A DNA stretch of 64,000 nucleotides, from positions 2,868 through 66,867 of the forward strand of contig JBEIVB010000003.1 of the NCBI GenBank assembly GCA_040374085.1, given 5' to 3'. Source of the stretch: Flavobacteriales bacterium. GTDB taxonomy: Bacteria > Bacteroidota > Bacteroidia > UBA4408. Under the pieces are notes generated by a model, which was not told the origin of the DNA, did not search any database, and saw only the letters and a program-made list of their open reading frames with translations. A program made the translations under genes and the position numbers. This document shows positions 49,002 to 59,500 of this stretch, one piece after another. Numbering within the stretch: the stretch's first letter is position 1; each line of letters starts with the position of its first letter.

Positions 49002-49559
49002 ATGAAATCGCGCTGCGCCTGGTGCTCGTCCGACCCCCTCTACCAAGCCTATCACGACCGGGAATGGGGCCGCCCCGTGCACAACGATGGCACCCTCTTT
49101 GAAGCCCTGCTTCTCGACACCTTTCAAGCCGGATTGAGCTGGCTCACCATCCTGCGCAAGCGCGAAAACTTTCGGTCTGCCTTTGCCGGATTCGACCCTG
49201 TGCAAGTGGCTGCCTTTGGCGATGCACACTTGGAATCCCTTATGGAAAACCCCGGCATCGTGCGCAACCGCCAAAAAATAAAAGCCGCCATAAGCAACGC
49301 CCGTGCCTTTCTGGTGGTGCAGCAAGAATACGGCACCTTTGATGCCTACATCTGGCAGTTTACCGGAGGCATGTCGGTGGTGCTGCATCCGCGCGACCTC
49401 AGCGAAGTGCGGGCCTCCTCGCCCGAGTCGGATGCCATGAGCAAAGACCTGCGCAAACGGGGCTTCTCCTTTGTGGGCACCACCATCTGCTACGCCTTTA
49501 TGCAGGCCACCGGCATGATGGTGGAACACACCCGCACGTGCTTTCTATACAGAGGCTAA
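49002..49559 (+). CDS. tag: DNA-3-methyladenine glycosylase I
   Basis: RCAW, YHDREWG, FQAGLSW, IVRNRQKI, FVGTTICYAFMQA, H...C. Confidence 0.98.
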   Translation: MKSRCAWCSSDPLYQAYHDREWGRPVHNDGTLFEALLLDTFQAGLSWLTILRKRENFRSAFAGFDPVQVAAFGDAHLESLMENPGIVRNRQKIKAAISNARAFLVVQQEYGTFDAYIWQFTGGMSVVLHPRDLSEVRASSPESDAMSKDLRKRGFSFVGTTICYAFMQATGMMVEHTRTCFLYRG

Positions 49560-49608
49560 GCCCTTTGGGCAAAAACCCTACTTTTACCTACTTCGATACG
49601 CAAAACAA

Positions 49609-50382
49609 ATGTCGGCAATCAGGTTCTTAGGAAGGGTGGCTTCGGTGCTATGGAAAACCTGGTTTTTGCTGTGGTTTGTGTGCACCATGGTGCTGTTCTA
49701 TCCCCTATTCCGCATCCTCCTCAGCCGCGAGGCTTGGTTTCCTGCGGCCTTCCGCCTGAAAAAAATATGGGCCCACGTGTTGCTCCTCGGGGCGGGCATA
49801 GCCTACCGCGTAACCTATGCCGAACGCCTCCCCAATAAGCCCTATGTATTCTGCCCCAACCACACCTCCTACCTCGACATCATCATAAGCTATTGCATTT
49901 TGCCTCATTACTTTGTGTTTATGGGCAAACAAGAACTGAGCAAGGTGCCCTTGTTCCGCATCTTCTTCATGCGCATGAACATACTCGTGAACCGCAAGAG
50001 CGCACAAGATGCACACCGCGCCTTTATACGCGCCGGGGCAGAGCTGCAGAAAGGCCACAGCGTGGTGCTCTTCCCCGAGGGAACCATCTCGCGGGAGGTA
50101 CCCCGCATGCGCCCCTTTAAAAACGGCGCCTTTCGCCTGGCCATTGAGCAACAAGTGCCCTTGGTGCCCATCACCTTCTTTAACCACTACCGCCTCTTGC
50201 GCGATGCACCCTATCTGCAAGGAATCTGCCGACCGGGCCTGGCGCGCATACACGTGCACAGCCCCATAGACACCGCCGGCATGGGTCTCGACCAAATGGA
50301 ATCATTAAAAGAACGCGTAAAAAGCATCCTTGCCGACTCTCTCGCCCAATATCCAAATACCCAACCCAACCTCTCTGTATGA
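49609..50382 (+). CDS. plsC: 1-acyl-sn-glycerol-3-phosphate acyltransferase family
   Basis: NHTSYLD and FPEGT motifs, FKNGAF. Confidence 0.9.
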   Translation: MSAIRFLGRVASVLWKTWFLLWFVCTMVLFYPLFRILLSREAWFPAAFRLKKIWAHVLLLGAGIAYRVTYAERLPNKPYVFCPNHTSYLDIIISYCILPHYFVFMGKQELSKVPLFRIFFMRMNILVNRKSAQDAHRAFIRAGAELQKGHSVVLFPEGTISREVPRMRPFKNGAFRLAIEQQVPLVPITFFNHYRLLRDAPYLQGICRPGLARIHVHSPIDTAGMGLDQMESLKERVKSILADSLAQYPNTQPNLSV

Positions 50383-50684
50383 AACAGCATGTTGATGAAA
50401 CCCTTGTGGCCAAAATTGCCCATCTGGCAAGACTGGAGTTCGAACCCACCTCTATGCAATCCATGGTGGAAGACATGAACCGCATGATTGAATTTGTTGA
50501 ACAGCTCAACGAAATTGATACCGAGCACGTGGAGCCCCTCATCTACCTCAGCGACGAACGCAACGTGTTGAGGCCCGATGCAATAGGCGAAACCCTCAGC
50601 GTAGACCAAGCCTTGGGCAACGCCGCCAAGCACGACAGCGACTACTTTAAAGTACCCCGCTTTGTAGAAAACACCGGTTCATGA
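50379..50684 (+). CDS. gatC: Asp/Glu-tRNA amidotransferase subunit C
   Basis: KIAHLARLEF, LNEIDTEHVEPL, NVLRPD, YFKVP. Confidence 0.93.
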   Translation: MKQHVDETLVAKIAHLARLEFEPTSMQSMVEDMNRMIEFVEQLNEIDTEHVEPLIYLSDERNVLRPDAIGETLSVDQALGNAAKHDSDYFKVPRFVENTGS

Positions 50685-51694
50685 GCACGCCCTTTACCTC
50701 TCTTGCACTCGTAGGCGCAACCGGACTGGTGGGCACCGAAATGCGGAAGGTGCTGGAAGAGCGCTTTCCAAATTGGCATGGGACCTTTATTCCTGTGGCC
50801 ACGGCCAAGCACGTGGGCCAGCATCTGAAATTAAACGGACGCGATTGGCGCATACACAGCCTAGAAGAGGCCTTAGCCCTGGCCCCTCAGGTGGCGCTGT
50901 TTTCGGCCGGAGGCGCGGTTTCCATAGAATGGGCCCCGCGCTTTGCCGCAGCCGGAACCGTAGTAATAGACAACTCATCGGCCTGGCGCATGCACGAAGA
51001 GGTGCCCCTGGTGGTGCCCGAAATCAACCCAGACGAACTAAAACATCACCCAAACATTATAGCCAATCCGAACTGCTCTACCATTCAATTGGTGTTGGCT
51101 CTAAGCCGCCTGCACGCAGCCTTTGGCTTAACCCGCCTCGTGGTATCTACCTACCAGAGCGTTACCGGAACCGGCGTAAAAGCCGTGCACCAACTGGAAA
51201 ACGAGCGCCAGGGCATCAGCGGCGATATGGCCTATGCCTACCGCATAGACAAAAACTGCATACCCCAATGCGATGCGTTTGCCGAAGAAGGCTACACCAA
51301 AGAAGAGTGGAAGGTGGTAAACGAAACCCGCAAAATCTTAAACGCACCCCAGCTGCGCATTACCTGCACCGCAGTGCGCGTGCCGGTGGTGGGTGGGCAC
51401 TCCGAATCGGTAAACGCCGAGTTCGAAAAGCCCATTACCCTGCAAGAGGTGCGACACATTTTGGCCGACACCCCCGGCGTGGTGGTATACGACCATCCCG
51501 AAACCCAGCTTTACCCCATGCCCGCCAATGCCAAAGGCCACGACGCGGTGTTTGTGGGGCGCCTCCGCCTCGACCAAAGTCAACCCAACACCTTAAACCT
51601 CTGGATTGTAGCCGACAACCTCCGCAAAGGCGCGGCCACCAACGCCGTGCAAATTGCCCAGTTGCTGGTGGAGATGGGAAGGTTTGGGGGGTGA
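50681..51694 (+). CDS. asd: Aspartate-semialdehyde dehydrogenase
   Basis: GATGLVG, DNSSAWR, ANPNCSTIQ, RVPVVGGHSE, DNLRKGAATNAVQ. Confidence 0.99.
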   Translation: MSTPFTSLALVGATGLVGTEMRKVLEERFPNWHGTFIPVATAKHVGQHLKLNGRDWRIHSLEEALALAPQVALFSAGGAVSIEWAPRFAAAGTVVIDNSSAWRMHEEVPLVVPEINPDELKHHPNIIANPNCSTIQLVLALSRLHAAFGLTRLVVSTYQSVTGTGVKAVHQLENERQGISGDMAYAYRIDKNCIPQCDAFAEEGYTKEEWKVVNETRKILNAPQLRITCTAVRVPVVGGHSESVNAEFEKPITLQEVRHILADTPGVVVYDHPETQLYPMPANAKGHDAVFVGRLRLDQSQPNTLNLWIVADNLRKGAATNAVQIAQLLVEMGRFGG

Positions 51695-51961
51695 AGGGGG
51701 TTTCTTAGCATGTATACTCAAAGCCCGGTGATCGATAGCGAAACCGTTTAGTAACAAGACGAGAAAAAGCAATCTGCCTGTTTTTAATTCACTCTTTTAT
51801 TTAATAATATAAAAAATGTAAAAAAGGATTGAGGCATTCCCTGTTTATGTTGGTATAAAAACAGCTAACTAACCAATCCAAGTTCCATTCTGTATTCGCG
51901 TCCCTTTTATATCCTTCCATTAAACCGAAAAAAGAAAACCTCAACCCCTTCAAATAAAGCC

Positions 51962-53428
51962 CTACTCCACCACCACCTTGCCCATTTTTTGGGTAGCGCC
52001 AATGCGCAGGCGGTAGGTATAAAGACCGGAAGCGGTTTGGGTGCTTGGCCAATTGTTGAGGCCCGTATACAGACGAGCCACCCATTGCCCTTGGGTGTTG
52101 AACACATCGCCTCCAAGCAGGTGTGGAACGGCACTTAAATCAAACCCTTGACTTTTATTTAAACGGGTAGCCAGCCTAAGCTCATTTCGATCCATACCTT
52201 GTGTATGCAGGGGAGAGCAACGCATTGAATCGGCAACAAGGGTAATGGTATCGGCTCCAAACGGAAAGCTGCCCGCAGCCAAACCGCAAAAATTGGCCGA
52301 GCTGCATACCCGGGCCACCACCAAACGGGTGGTGTCCTCGGTTAGGGTAAACGTATGCGATGTACCGGTAGACAAAGGCTGCAAGGTGCCATCGCTCATC
52401 AGTTGATGCCAAAGGGTAGTGGGTGCACAGGATAAACTTCCGTTTGGAATAAAGCGCTTACCCTCCGGAACGGAAACGCTCCAAATGCTGTTGTTGCGGC
52501 CCGGTACAATTACGGCAGACATGCCATTGGACCGGTGCAACCCATGCGTAGCAGCGCCGTTGTTCCAGTTTGTGCAAACAGGCTTGGATTGAATGTGGGT
52601 TTCAATGACACGGGTTCCCTCAAATAGAATGAGTTGGGCGGTTAATTTCAAGCTGGTGCAGTGGAAGTACGGCACATCCTTAAATGTTAAAATAAAACGC
52701 CTGCAAGGTGCAATGCCCTCGGTACGATATTGAATTTGGTTGTAGACACTTGGACTTGCGATATACAAATCGGTGAAAGGAAACATGATGGCCGGCCTGG
52801 GGTAGAATGTATTTGGAAATGGACCGTAGCTGCTTGACCAGGTTAAGCAATAATTCTCGGGTTGAAAGGACAAGAACCCGTTGGCACCTGCCCTGACTTG
52901 GGTGTAGGATTGATCGAAAAAACAAAAGGGAAAACCCAAATCAATGAGTTGCGAACACCCATCGTCGATGTTTGAGACGGCATTCCACGGCACTGGAATG
53001 CCCCCTTCAAAAGGGTAAGGATTATAAGGAATGTTGGTTATGGTGTAGCTTATATTTGGACTGATCGTATCCAGTGTAGATTTCACCTGGTCGAGGTTGA
53101 TGCCCCCATTTCCATCCAACAAGGAAGTAGCAAACGTTATCGATTGGTTGGGGCAAGCATAATAGATGCCCAATGAGTCCATCACCAAACCCGAGTTACC
53201 GGTACTGCTTGGCTCTGTGCCGAAAAAGCAATGGCCGCTTTGCGCATGTGTGTTTCTTGCAAGCCCAATGGTACAAAGCAGGAAAAGCGAGAGACGATGC
53301 AAGAGGAAAAATCGTCTAAGTTCGGAGGTGTTCTTGTTTGCTGAAGAGTGGGTCAAATGCCCATACTTACCAAAAAGCAGAGTTCTTAGGGGATAAAAAA
53401 GTCTTAGGGGATAAAAAAGAAGGTCCAT
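51962..53428 (-). CDS. T9SS-sorted surface protein with nidogen-like (NIDO-like) domain
   Basis: DDGCSQLIDLGFPFCFFDQSY...GANGFLSF; CTD-like VFNTQGQ...SGLYTYRL...GKVVVE. Start ATG 53428 or TTG 53356. Confidence 0.75.
   Translation of the reverse strand: MDLLFYPLRLFYPLRTLLFGKYGHLTHSSANKNTSELRRFFLLHRLSLFLLCTIGLARNTHAQSGHCFFGTEPSSTGNSGLVMDSLGIYYACPNQSITFATSLLDGNGGINLDQVKSTLDTISPNISYTITNIPYNPYPFEGGIPVPWNAVSNIDDGCSQLIDLGFPFCFFDQSYTQVRAGANGFLSFQPENYCLTWSSSYGPFPNTFYPRPAIMFPFTDLYIASPSVYNQIQYRTEGIAPCRRFILTFKDVPYFHCTSLKLTAQLILFEGTRVIETHIQSKPVCTNWNNGAATHGLHRSNGMSAVIVPGRNNSIWSVSVPEGKRFIPNGSLSCAPTTLWHQLMSDGTLQPLSTGTSHTFTLTEDTTRLVVARVCSSANFCGLAAGSFPFGADTITLVADSMRCSPLHTQGMDRNELRLATRLNKSQGFDLSAVPHLLGGDVFNTQGQWVARLYTGLNNWPSTQTASGLYTYRLRIGATQKMGKVVVE
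53384..53419. repeat. Perfect 18-bp tandem duplication TCTTAGGGGATAAAAAAG x2
   Basis: Copies at 53384-53401 and 53402-53419. Confidence 0.95.
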
Positions 53429-53685
53429 AACTTAAACTGATTATTTGTGTATTTCGAAGGTAATCAATTTTAGATTGGCCGGTAGGCAACAACCGCAAAT
53501 TTCGTCTCAAAAAGATTCATCCGGCTCTTCGAATGATTTCACCAGGTGCCCATTTCATTTGCCTAAATCTGCCAACACGCACCGCACATCCAGCATCACA
53601 AAAATGAGCGATGCGGGGTGCGTCAAACACCGTCCCCCTACCCCTCATTTTTGCCTATCTTCGCCGGTCATAAAAAAAGCGGCAC

Positions 53686-55968
53686 ATGGAGAACAAGAAA
53701 CAGGAAGCCCTTGACTATCATGCTTCCGGACGTCCCGGAAAAATAGAGGTGGTATCTACCAAGCCCACCAGTTCACAACGCGATTTAAGTTTGGCCTACA
53801 GTCCGGGGGTTGCCGAGCCCTGTTTGGCCATAGAAGCCAACCCCGACGACGCCTACCGCTACACCGCCAAGGGCAACCTGGTGGGGGTTATCTCCAACGG
53901 CACGGCGGTGCTGGGATTGGGCGACATTGGCCCCCTGGCATCCAAACCTGTGATGGAAGGCAAAGGCATACTGTTTAAGCTCTTTGCCGACCTCGATGTG
54001 TTTGACATTGAGGTAGATGCCACCGACATAGACCGGTTTGTGGAGACGGTAAAAGCCATTGCGCCCACCTTTGGGGGCATCAACCTCGAAGACATCAAAG
54101 CGCCCGAGTGTTTTGAAATTGAGCGTAGGCTAAAAGAAGAGCTTCAGATTCCCATCATGCACGACGACCAGCACGGCACCGCCATCATTACCGGTGCGGC
54201 CTTGCTCAACGCCCTGGAGCTGGTGAACAAGCGCATAGACGAAATAAAAATTGTGTTCAACGGGGCGGGAGCCTCGGCCATAAGCTGCGCAGCCTTGTAC
54301 TTTGCCTTAGGCGCCAAGCCCGAAAACCTGGTGATGTGCGACAGCAAAGGCGTGATACGCGCCGATGCCGATGCCTTAGACCCCCAGAAAGCGCGCTTTG
54401 CCACCCGCCGCGACCTGTGCACCTTAGCCGAGGCCATGGCCGGAGCCGATGTGTTTGTTGGGCTCAGCAAAGGCAATGTGGTAAGCACCGTCATGGTGCA
54501 ATCCATGGCCTCTAACCCCATCGTGTTTGCCCTGGCCAACCCCACACCCGAAATTCCCTACGACGAAGCCGTGGCGGCCCGTCCGGACATCATCATGGCC
54601 ACCGGCCGCAGCGACCATCCCAACCAGGTGAACAACGTCTTGGGCTTCCCCTTCATCTTTCGCGGAGCCATGGACGTGCGGGCCACCTGCATCAACGAAG
54701 CCATGAAGTTGGCAGCAGTAAAAGCCATTGCCCAGTTGGCAAAAGAAGCGGTGCCCGATGCCGTTAACCTAGCCTACGGGGCCAAGGGACTTGGGTTTGG
54801 CAAAGACTACATCATACCCAAGCCCATAGACAGTCGCCTCATTTACACCGTGGCGCCGGCTGTTGCTCGGGCTGCTATGGAGAGCGGGGTGGCCCGCAAA
54901 CCCATCACCGACTGGGAAGCATACGAAGCCGACCTGCGCCACCGCATGGGGCTCGACAACAAAACCCTCAAGCACATTGCCGCCCGCGCCAAGCAAGATC
55001 CGCAGCGCGTGGTGTTTGCAGAGGCAGATCATTATAAAATTCTAAAGGCCGCGCATCAGGTAAAAGACGAAGGCATTGCCATACCCATCTTGCTGGGCGA
55101 TAAGGAGAAAATTCGCCAGTTGATGGAAACCTACAACATCAACCTGGGCGACGACGTGCACATCATCGATTGCCGCAGCGAGGCAGAAGCCGAACGCAGA
55201 AACCGTTTCGGCGACCTCTTCTTTGCTAAGCGGCAGCGCCGGGGCTACACCCAGTTTGAAGCAAGGCGTGTGATGTCCGAGCGCAACTACTTTGGTGCTA
55301 TGATGGTGGAAACCGGTGAGGCCGACGCCATGATATCGGGCCTTACCCGAAAATACCCCGACACCATTCGTCCGAGCCTCGAGATCTTTGGTTTGCGCGA
55401 TGGGCACAAGCGAGCTGCGGGCATGTATATGATGCTAACGAAGCAGGGCCCCTTCTTCTTTGCCGATACTACCTTAAACCTCGACCCAAGCGCGGAGGAA
55501 CTGGTAGACATCACCTTACTGGCAGCAGAAGAAGTTCGGCAGTTTGGGTTACAGCCTCGCATTGCGCTGCTCAGCTACTCCAACTTTGGCTCGGCCGAAG
55601 CCCCCAGCACCAAAAAAATGCGCGAAGCCGTGCGCATCTTGCACGAGCGCCATCCTGATCTGGTGGTGGATGGAGAGGTGCAAGCCAACCTGGCCCTCAA
55701 CACCGAGCTCATGAACGAGCAGTTTCCCTTCTCGCCTTTAGCCAAGGAGCGGCCCAATACCCTCATCTTCCCCAACTTAGAAAGCGGAAACATTGCCTAC
55801 AAACTCATGCAGGAAATGGGCAACGCCGAAGCCGTAGGTCCGGTTTTGCTGGGACTGAAAAAATCGGTGCACGTTCTGCAATTGGGCAGCAGCGTGCGCG
55901 AAATTGTGAACATGGTTACCATTGCCGTGGTGGATGCCCAGTTTAAAAAACGCCAAGCCCAGTCATGA
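53686..55968 (+). CDS. maeB: NADP-dependent malic enzyme (MaeB, PTA-like fusion)
   Basis: [37 protein letters not shown]-terminal PTA-like domain. Confidence 0.98.
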   Translation: MENKKQEALDYHASGRPGKIEVVSTKPTSSQRDLSLAYSPGVAEPCLAIEANPDDAYRYTAKGNLVGVISNGTAVLGLGDIGPLASKPVMEGKGILFKLFADLDVFDIEVDATDIDRFVETVKAIAPTFGGINLEDIKAPECFEIERRLKEELQIPIMHDDQHGTAIITGAALLNALELVNKRIDEIKIVFNGAGASAISCAALYFALGAKPENLVMCDSKGVIRADADALDPQKARFATRRDLCTLAEAMAGADVFVGLSKGNVVSTVMVQSMASNPIVFALANPTPEIPYDEAVAARPDIIMATGRSDHPNQVNNVLGFPFIFRGAMDVRATCINEAMKLAAVKAIAQLAKEAVPDAVNLAYGAKGLGFGKDYIIPKPIDSRLIYTVAPAVARAAMESGVARKPITDWEAYEADLRHRMGLDNKTLKHIAARAKQDPQRVVFAEADHYKILKAAHQVKDEGIAIPILLGDKEKIRQLMETYNINLGDDVHIIDCRSEAEAERRNRFGDLFFAKRQRRGYTQFEARRVMSERNYFGAMMVETGEADAMISGLTRKYPDTIRPSLEIFGLRDGHKRAAGMYMMLTKQGPFFFADTTLNLDPSAEELVDITLLAAEEVRQFGLQPRIALLSYSNFGSAEAPSTKKMREAVRILHERHPDLVVDGEVQANLALNTELMNEQFPFSPLAKERPNTLIFPNLESGNIAYKLMQEMGNAEAVGPVLLGLKKSVHVLQLGSSVREIVNMVTIAVVDAQFKKRQAQS

Positions 55969-56558
55969 TCGCCCATATCAACGGTCAGCTGGTAGAAAAA
56001 ACGCCCACCTACGTGGTCATCGACTGCGGGGGGGTGGGCTATCAGCTGCACATCTCCCTCAACACCTATGCGCGTCTTCCGGAAACCGGGGTGGTCAAGC
56101 TCCTGAGTCACCTGTCCATTAAAGAGGATGCCCATGTCTTATTTGGCTTTTGGGACGAGCAAGAGCGGGGGTTGTTTCGGTTGCTCATCTCGGTAAACGG
56201 CGTGGGTCCGGGCACCGCCCGCATGATTCTCTCTTCGCTTACCCCCAGCGAGCTTCAGACCGCCATATTATCGGGTCAGGTAGCCGTTTTGAAGGGCGTG
56301 AAAGGCATAGGAGAAAAGACCGCCCAGCGCATCCTCATCGACCTAAAAGACAAGGTAGGCAAGAGCGAGCAAGCGCCAACTGCATTCAGCACCCTACTGG
56401 CGCACAATAAAGTGAAAGAAGAAGCGTTATCAGCACTTGTGATGCTGGGCTTTGCCCGCAACTTGGCCGAGAAAGCGGTGGAGAAAGTGCTGAAGGCGGC
56501 CGGTGGCGAAGAGCCCCAGGTAGAACAATTGATTAAACAGGCCTTGAAGAACCTCTAA
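55965..56558 (+). CDS. ruvA: Holliday junction branch migration protein RuvA
   Basis: GVGYQL, LISVNGVGP, VKGIGEKTAQR, ALVMLGF. Confidence 0.99.
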   Translation: MIAHINGQLVEKTPTYVVIDCGGVGYQLHISLNTYARLPETGVVKLLSHLSIKEDAHVLFGFWDEQERGLFRLLISVNGVGPGTARMILSSLTPSELQTAILSGQVAVLKGVKGIGEKTAQRILIDLKDKVGKSEQAPTAFSTLLAHNKVKEEALSALVMLGFARNLAEKAVEKVLKAAGGEEPQVEQLIKQALKNL

Positions 56559-56581
56559 GAGGCCTGCGGAGTGCACAAACG

Positions 56582-59500
56582 TTGAAACACGGAACGCGGT
56601 TATACCTCATCGGAACCCTGGTTTTCTTGCTGGCAGTGCTGGCCTGGACCACCTTTGCCGATGCGGGAACCGAGGCTTTTTCCGAGATGTGGCAGTGGGG
56701 CCATGGAGAAGCGCTTGACATAGAAGACCCCAACGCCCTCCTAACCTTGCCCTTGGATGCCGATACCGGAAAGGCCGGCAAGCCTAAAGATGCGGGCGGT
56801 GGAGGCGGAAAACTGCCGTTCAACTTCAAAGACGAAAGCTGGGATCCCACCGACCCCGGCCACCAAGGCGGACTCTACCTGAGCAACCCCGGAAACGTAA
56901 AAGACTCGGTCTATTACGACCCAAAAGAAAACAACTTCTTCTTCAACCAGAACATCGGCACCATGCGGTTCCGCAACCCCTCGTACATGACCTTCGAGGA
57001 GTACATGGACTACGACATGGAGAAATCGCTGCGCAACTATTGGAAGCAGCGCCATGAAGCAGAAGACATACAGAAAAAAGCCAACAGCCTAATTCCAAAA
57101 ATCTACGTGAGCGGCGATGCCTTCGACCGCATCTTTGGGGGCAACACCGTTGACATACGTCCATCCGGTGCGGCCGAGCTCACCTTTGGCGTAAACACCT
57201 CCCGCACCGAAAACCCCGCCATTGCCGAGGCTCAGCGGAAAATCAGCGTCTTCGACTTCAACCAAAAAATACAGCTCAACGTGGTGGGAAAAATTGGGGA
57301 CAAACTGAAAACCCAGATCAACTACGACACCGAAGCGGCCTTTAACTTCCAGAACCAGGTAAAGCTGGAGTACACCGGATATGAAGACGATATTATAAAA
57401 AAGATTGAGGCGGGCAACGTAAGTCTTCCGCTTACCGGCACCCTCATTACCGGCAGCCAGGCCCTGTTTGGCATCAAGACCCAACTGCAGTTTGGTCGCG
57501 CCAACATCACCACCGTATTGAGCCAGCAGAACGGGCGCAAGCAAACCGCCAACTTCGAGGGTGGAACCCAGACCGTTAAATTTGAGGTTACAGCAGACAA
57601 CTACGACGTAAACAAGCACTACTACCTATCGCAATACTTCCGCGACAACTACAACCGGGCCTTGTCTCAGCTACCGGTCATACAGTCGAACATCACCGTA
57701 ACCAAGGTAGAGGTTTACATCACCAACATGACCTCTGCAGTGGACAACACCCGCAACGTGGTGGCCTTTGCCGACCTTGGGGAGTCGGATCGTACGCGGG
57801 GCAATCCGGGTGCTCGTCCCAACGAGAAATGGGCGGCGGCCGGCTTTGTGGGTGCTCCCCTGGCCACCGATGCCAGCGGCGACTTCCCTTCGAGCCGCGG
57901 TTCCAACAACCTCTATAACACCATCACCGGCGCGGCTTTTTCCGGGCTGCGTTCCATCAACACTGCCAGTGGCGTATTGGCGCCCTACCGCAACGCACCG
58001 TTCAACTTCAACCTCGTTGCCGACTACGAGATCTTAGAGCGCGCCCGCAAACTGCAGCCCACAGAATTTACCTTTCATCCTCAGTTGGGTTACATCAGCT
58101 TAAACTCGCCCCTCAACAACAACGAAGTATTGGCCGTAGCCTACCAATACACCGCCAATGGCCGCACCTACCAGGTGGGTGAATTTTCTACCGATGGCAT
58201 TACCGATCCGCAATGTCTCTACCTAAAAATGCTGAAAGCCACAAATCCCAGGGTGAGGCTGCCCATGTGGGACTTGATGATGAAAAACGTGTACAGCATT
58301 GGCGGATACAATATAACACCACAGGATTTTAAACTGGATATATTATACAACGACCTTCGGAAAGGCATCAACCTCAACTACCTCACCGAGAGCAAGCTCG
58401 CCAACATAGTGCTGTTGCAGGCGTGCAACATGGACAGCTTCAACAACCAGCAGGAGCGCATACCCGATGGTATGTTCGACTTCTTACCCAACATTACCGT
58501 TAACCCTCAAAACGGGCGCATCTACTTTACCACCATAGAACCCTTTGGCAGCGACCTGCGCAAGAAAATGATCTCGGGCCAAGATGGAACTCCTTCGGCC
58601 GAGGACCTTGTCTACATCAAGAAATACGTTTTTCAGGAGCTCTACGACTCTACCAAAACAGCGGCTCAGCAGATACCCAACAAAAATCGGTTTCGCTTAC
58701 GGGGCTCGTATTCCGGTTCATCGGGCAACGAGCTTTCCCTAAACGCCACCAACGTGCCTCAGGGCTCGGTGCGGGTTACCTCTAACGGTACTGCCCTCAC
58801 CGAAAACGTAGATTACACCGTAGACTACGCAGCGGGCAAAGTAAAAATCATCAATCCGGGCTTGGCCAGCTCGCGGAGCTCCATACAAGTATCCTATGAA
58901 AACCAGCAGGCCTTTACCCCCATCGTGCGCAACCTCATTGGCACGAACATCGAGTATAAAGTAAACAAAGACCTAGTCCTTGGAGGAACCTTCTTACGGC
59001 TTACCGAGCGGCCGCTGACCCAGAAAGTAACCCTTGGCGACGAGCCCATTGCCAACATGATCTATGGGTTTAACGTGAACTACAAAACCGAGGCGCCCTG
59101 GTTAACGCGTTTGATTGATAAATTACCCCTCATCAACACCAAGGAGATGAGTACCATCACCTTCAGCGGTGAATTTGCGCATCTGCTGCCGGGCCACAGC
59201 AGTGCGGTGGGCAAAGAAGGCATATCGTACATCGACGACTTTGAGGCTACCCAAAGCGTAATAGACCTGCGGCAGCAATTCAACTGGCAGCTGGCCAGTT
59301 TACCGCAGGGCCAGCCTGAACTCTTTCCGGAAACGCGCTTCTCCCAAGATGTGCGGTGGGGTATGAACCGAAGCAAACTTGCTTGGTACACCATTGACCC
59401 CCTCTTCTTTCAAAACCTGAGCACCACCCCTCAGCACATCCGCGACAACAAGACCTTGCAATCCAACCACCTATCGCGCCAGATTCTGGAGGTGGAGGTT

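Noticed and set aside
50773-51708. 311-aa alternative-frame ORF over asd, and the many other shadow ORFs
   Set aside because: They are Arg/Pro/Gly-rich or antisense by-products of GC-rich coding in well-identified genes.
51801-52085. 94-aa minus-strand ORF after the NIDO-like gene
   Set aside because: It overlaps that gene, its tail is AT-rich intergenic-like sequence, and it has no motif or clear start context.
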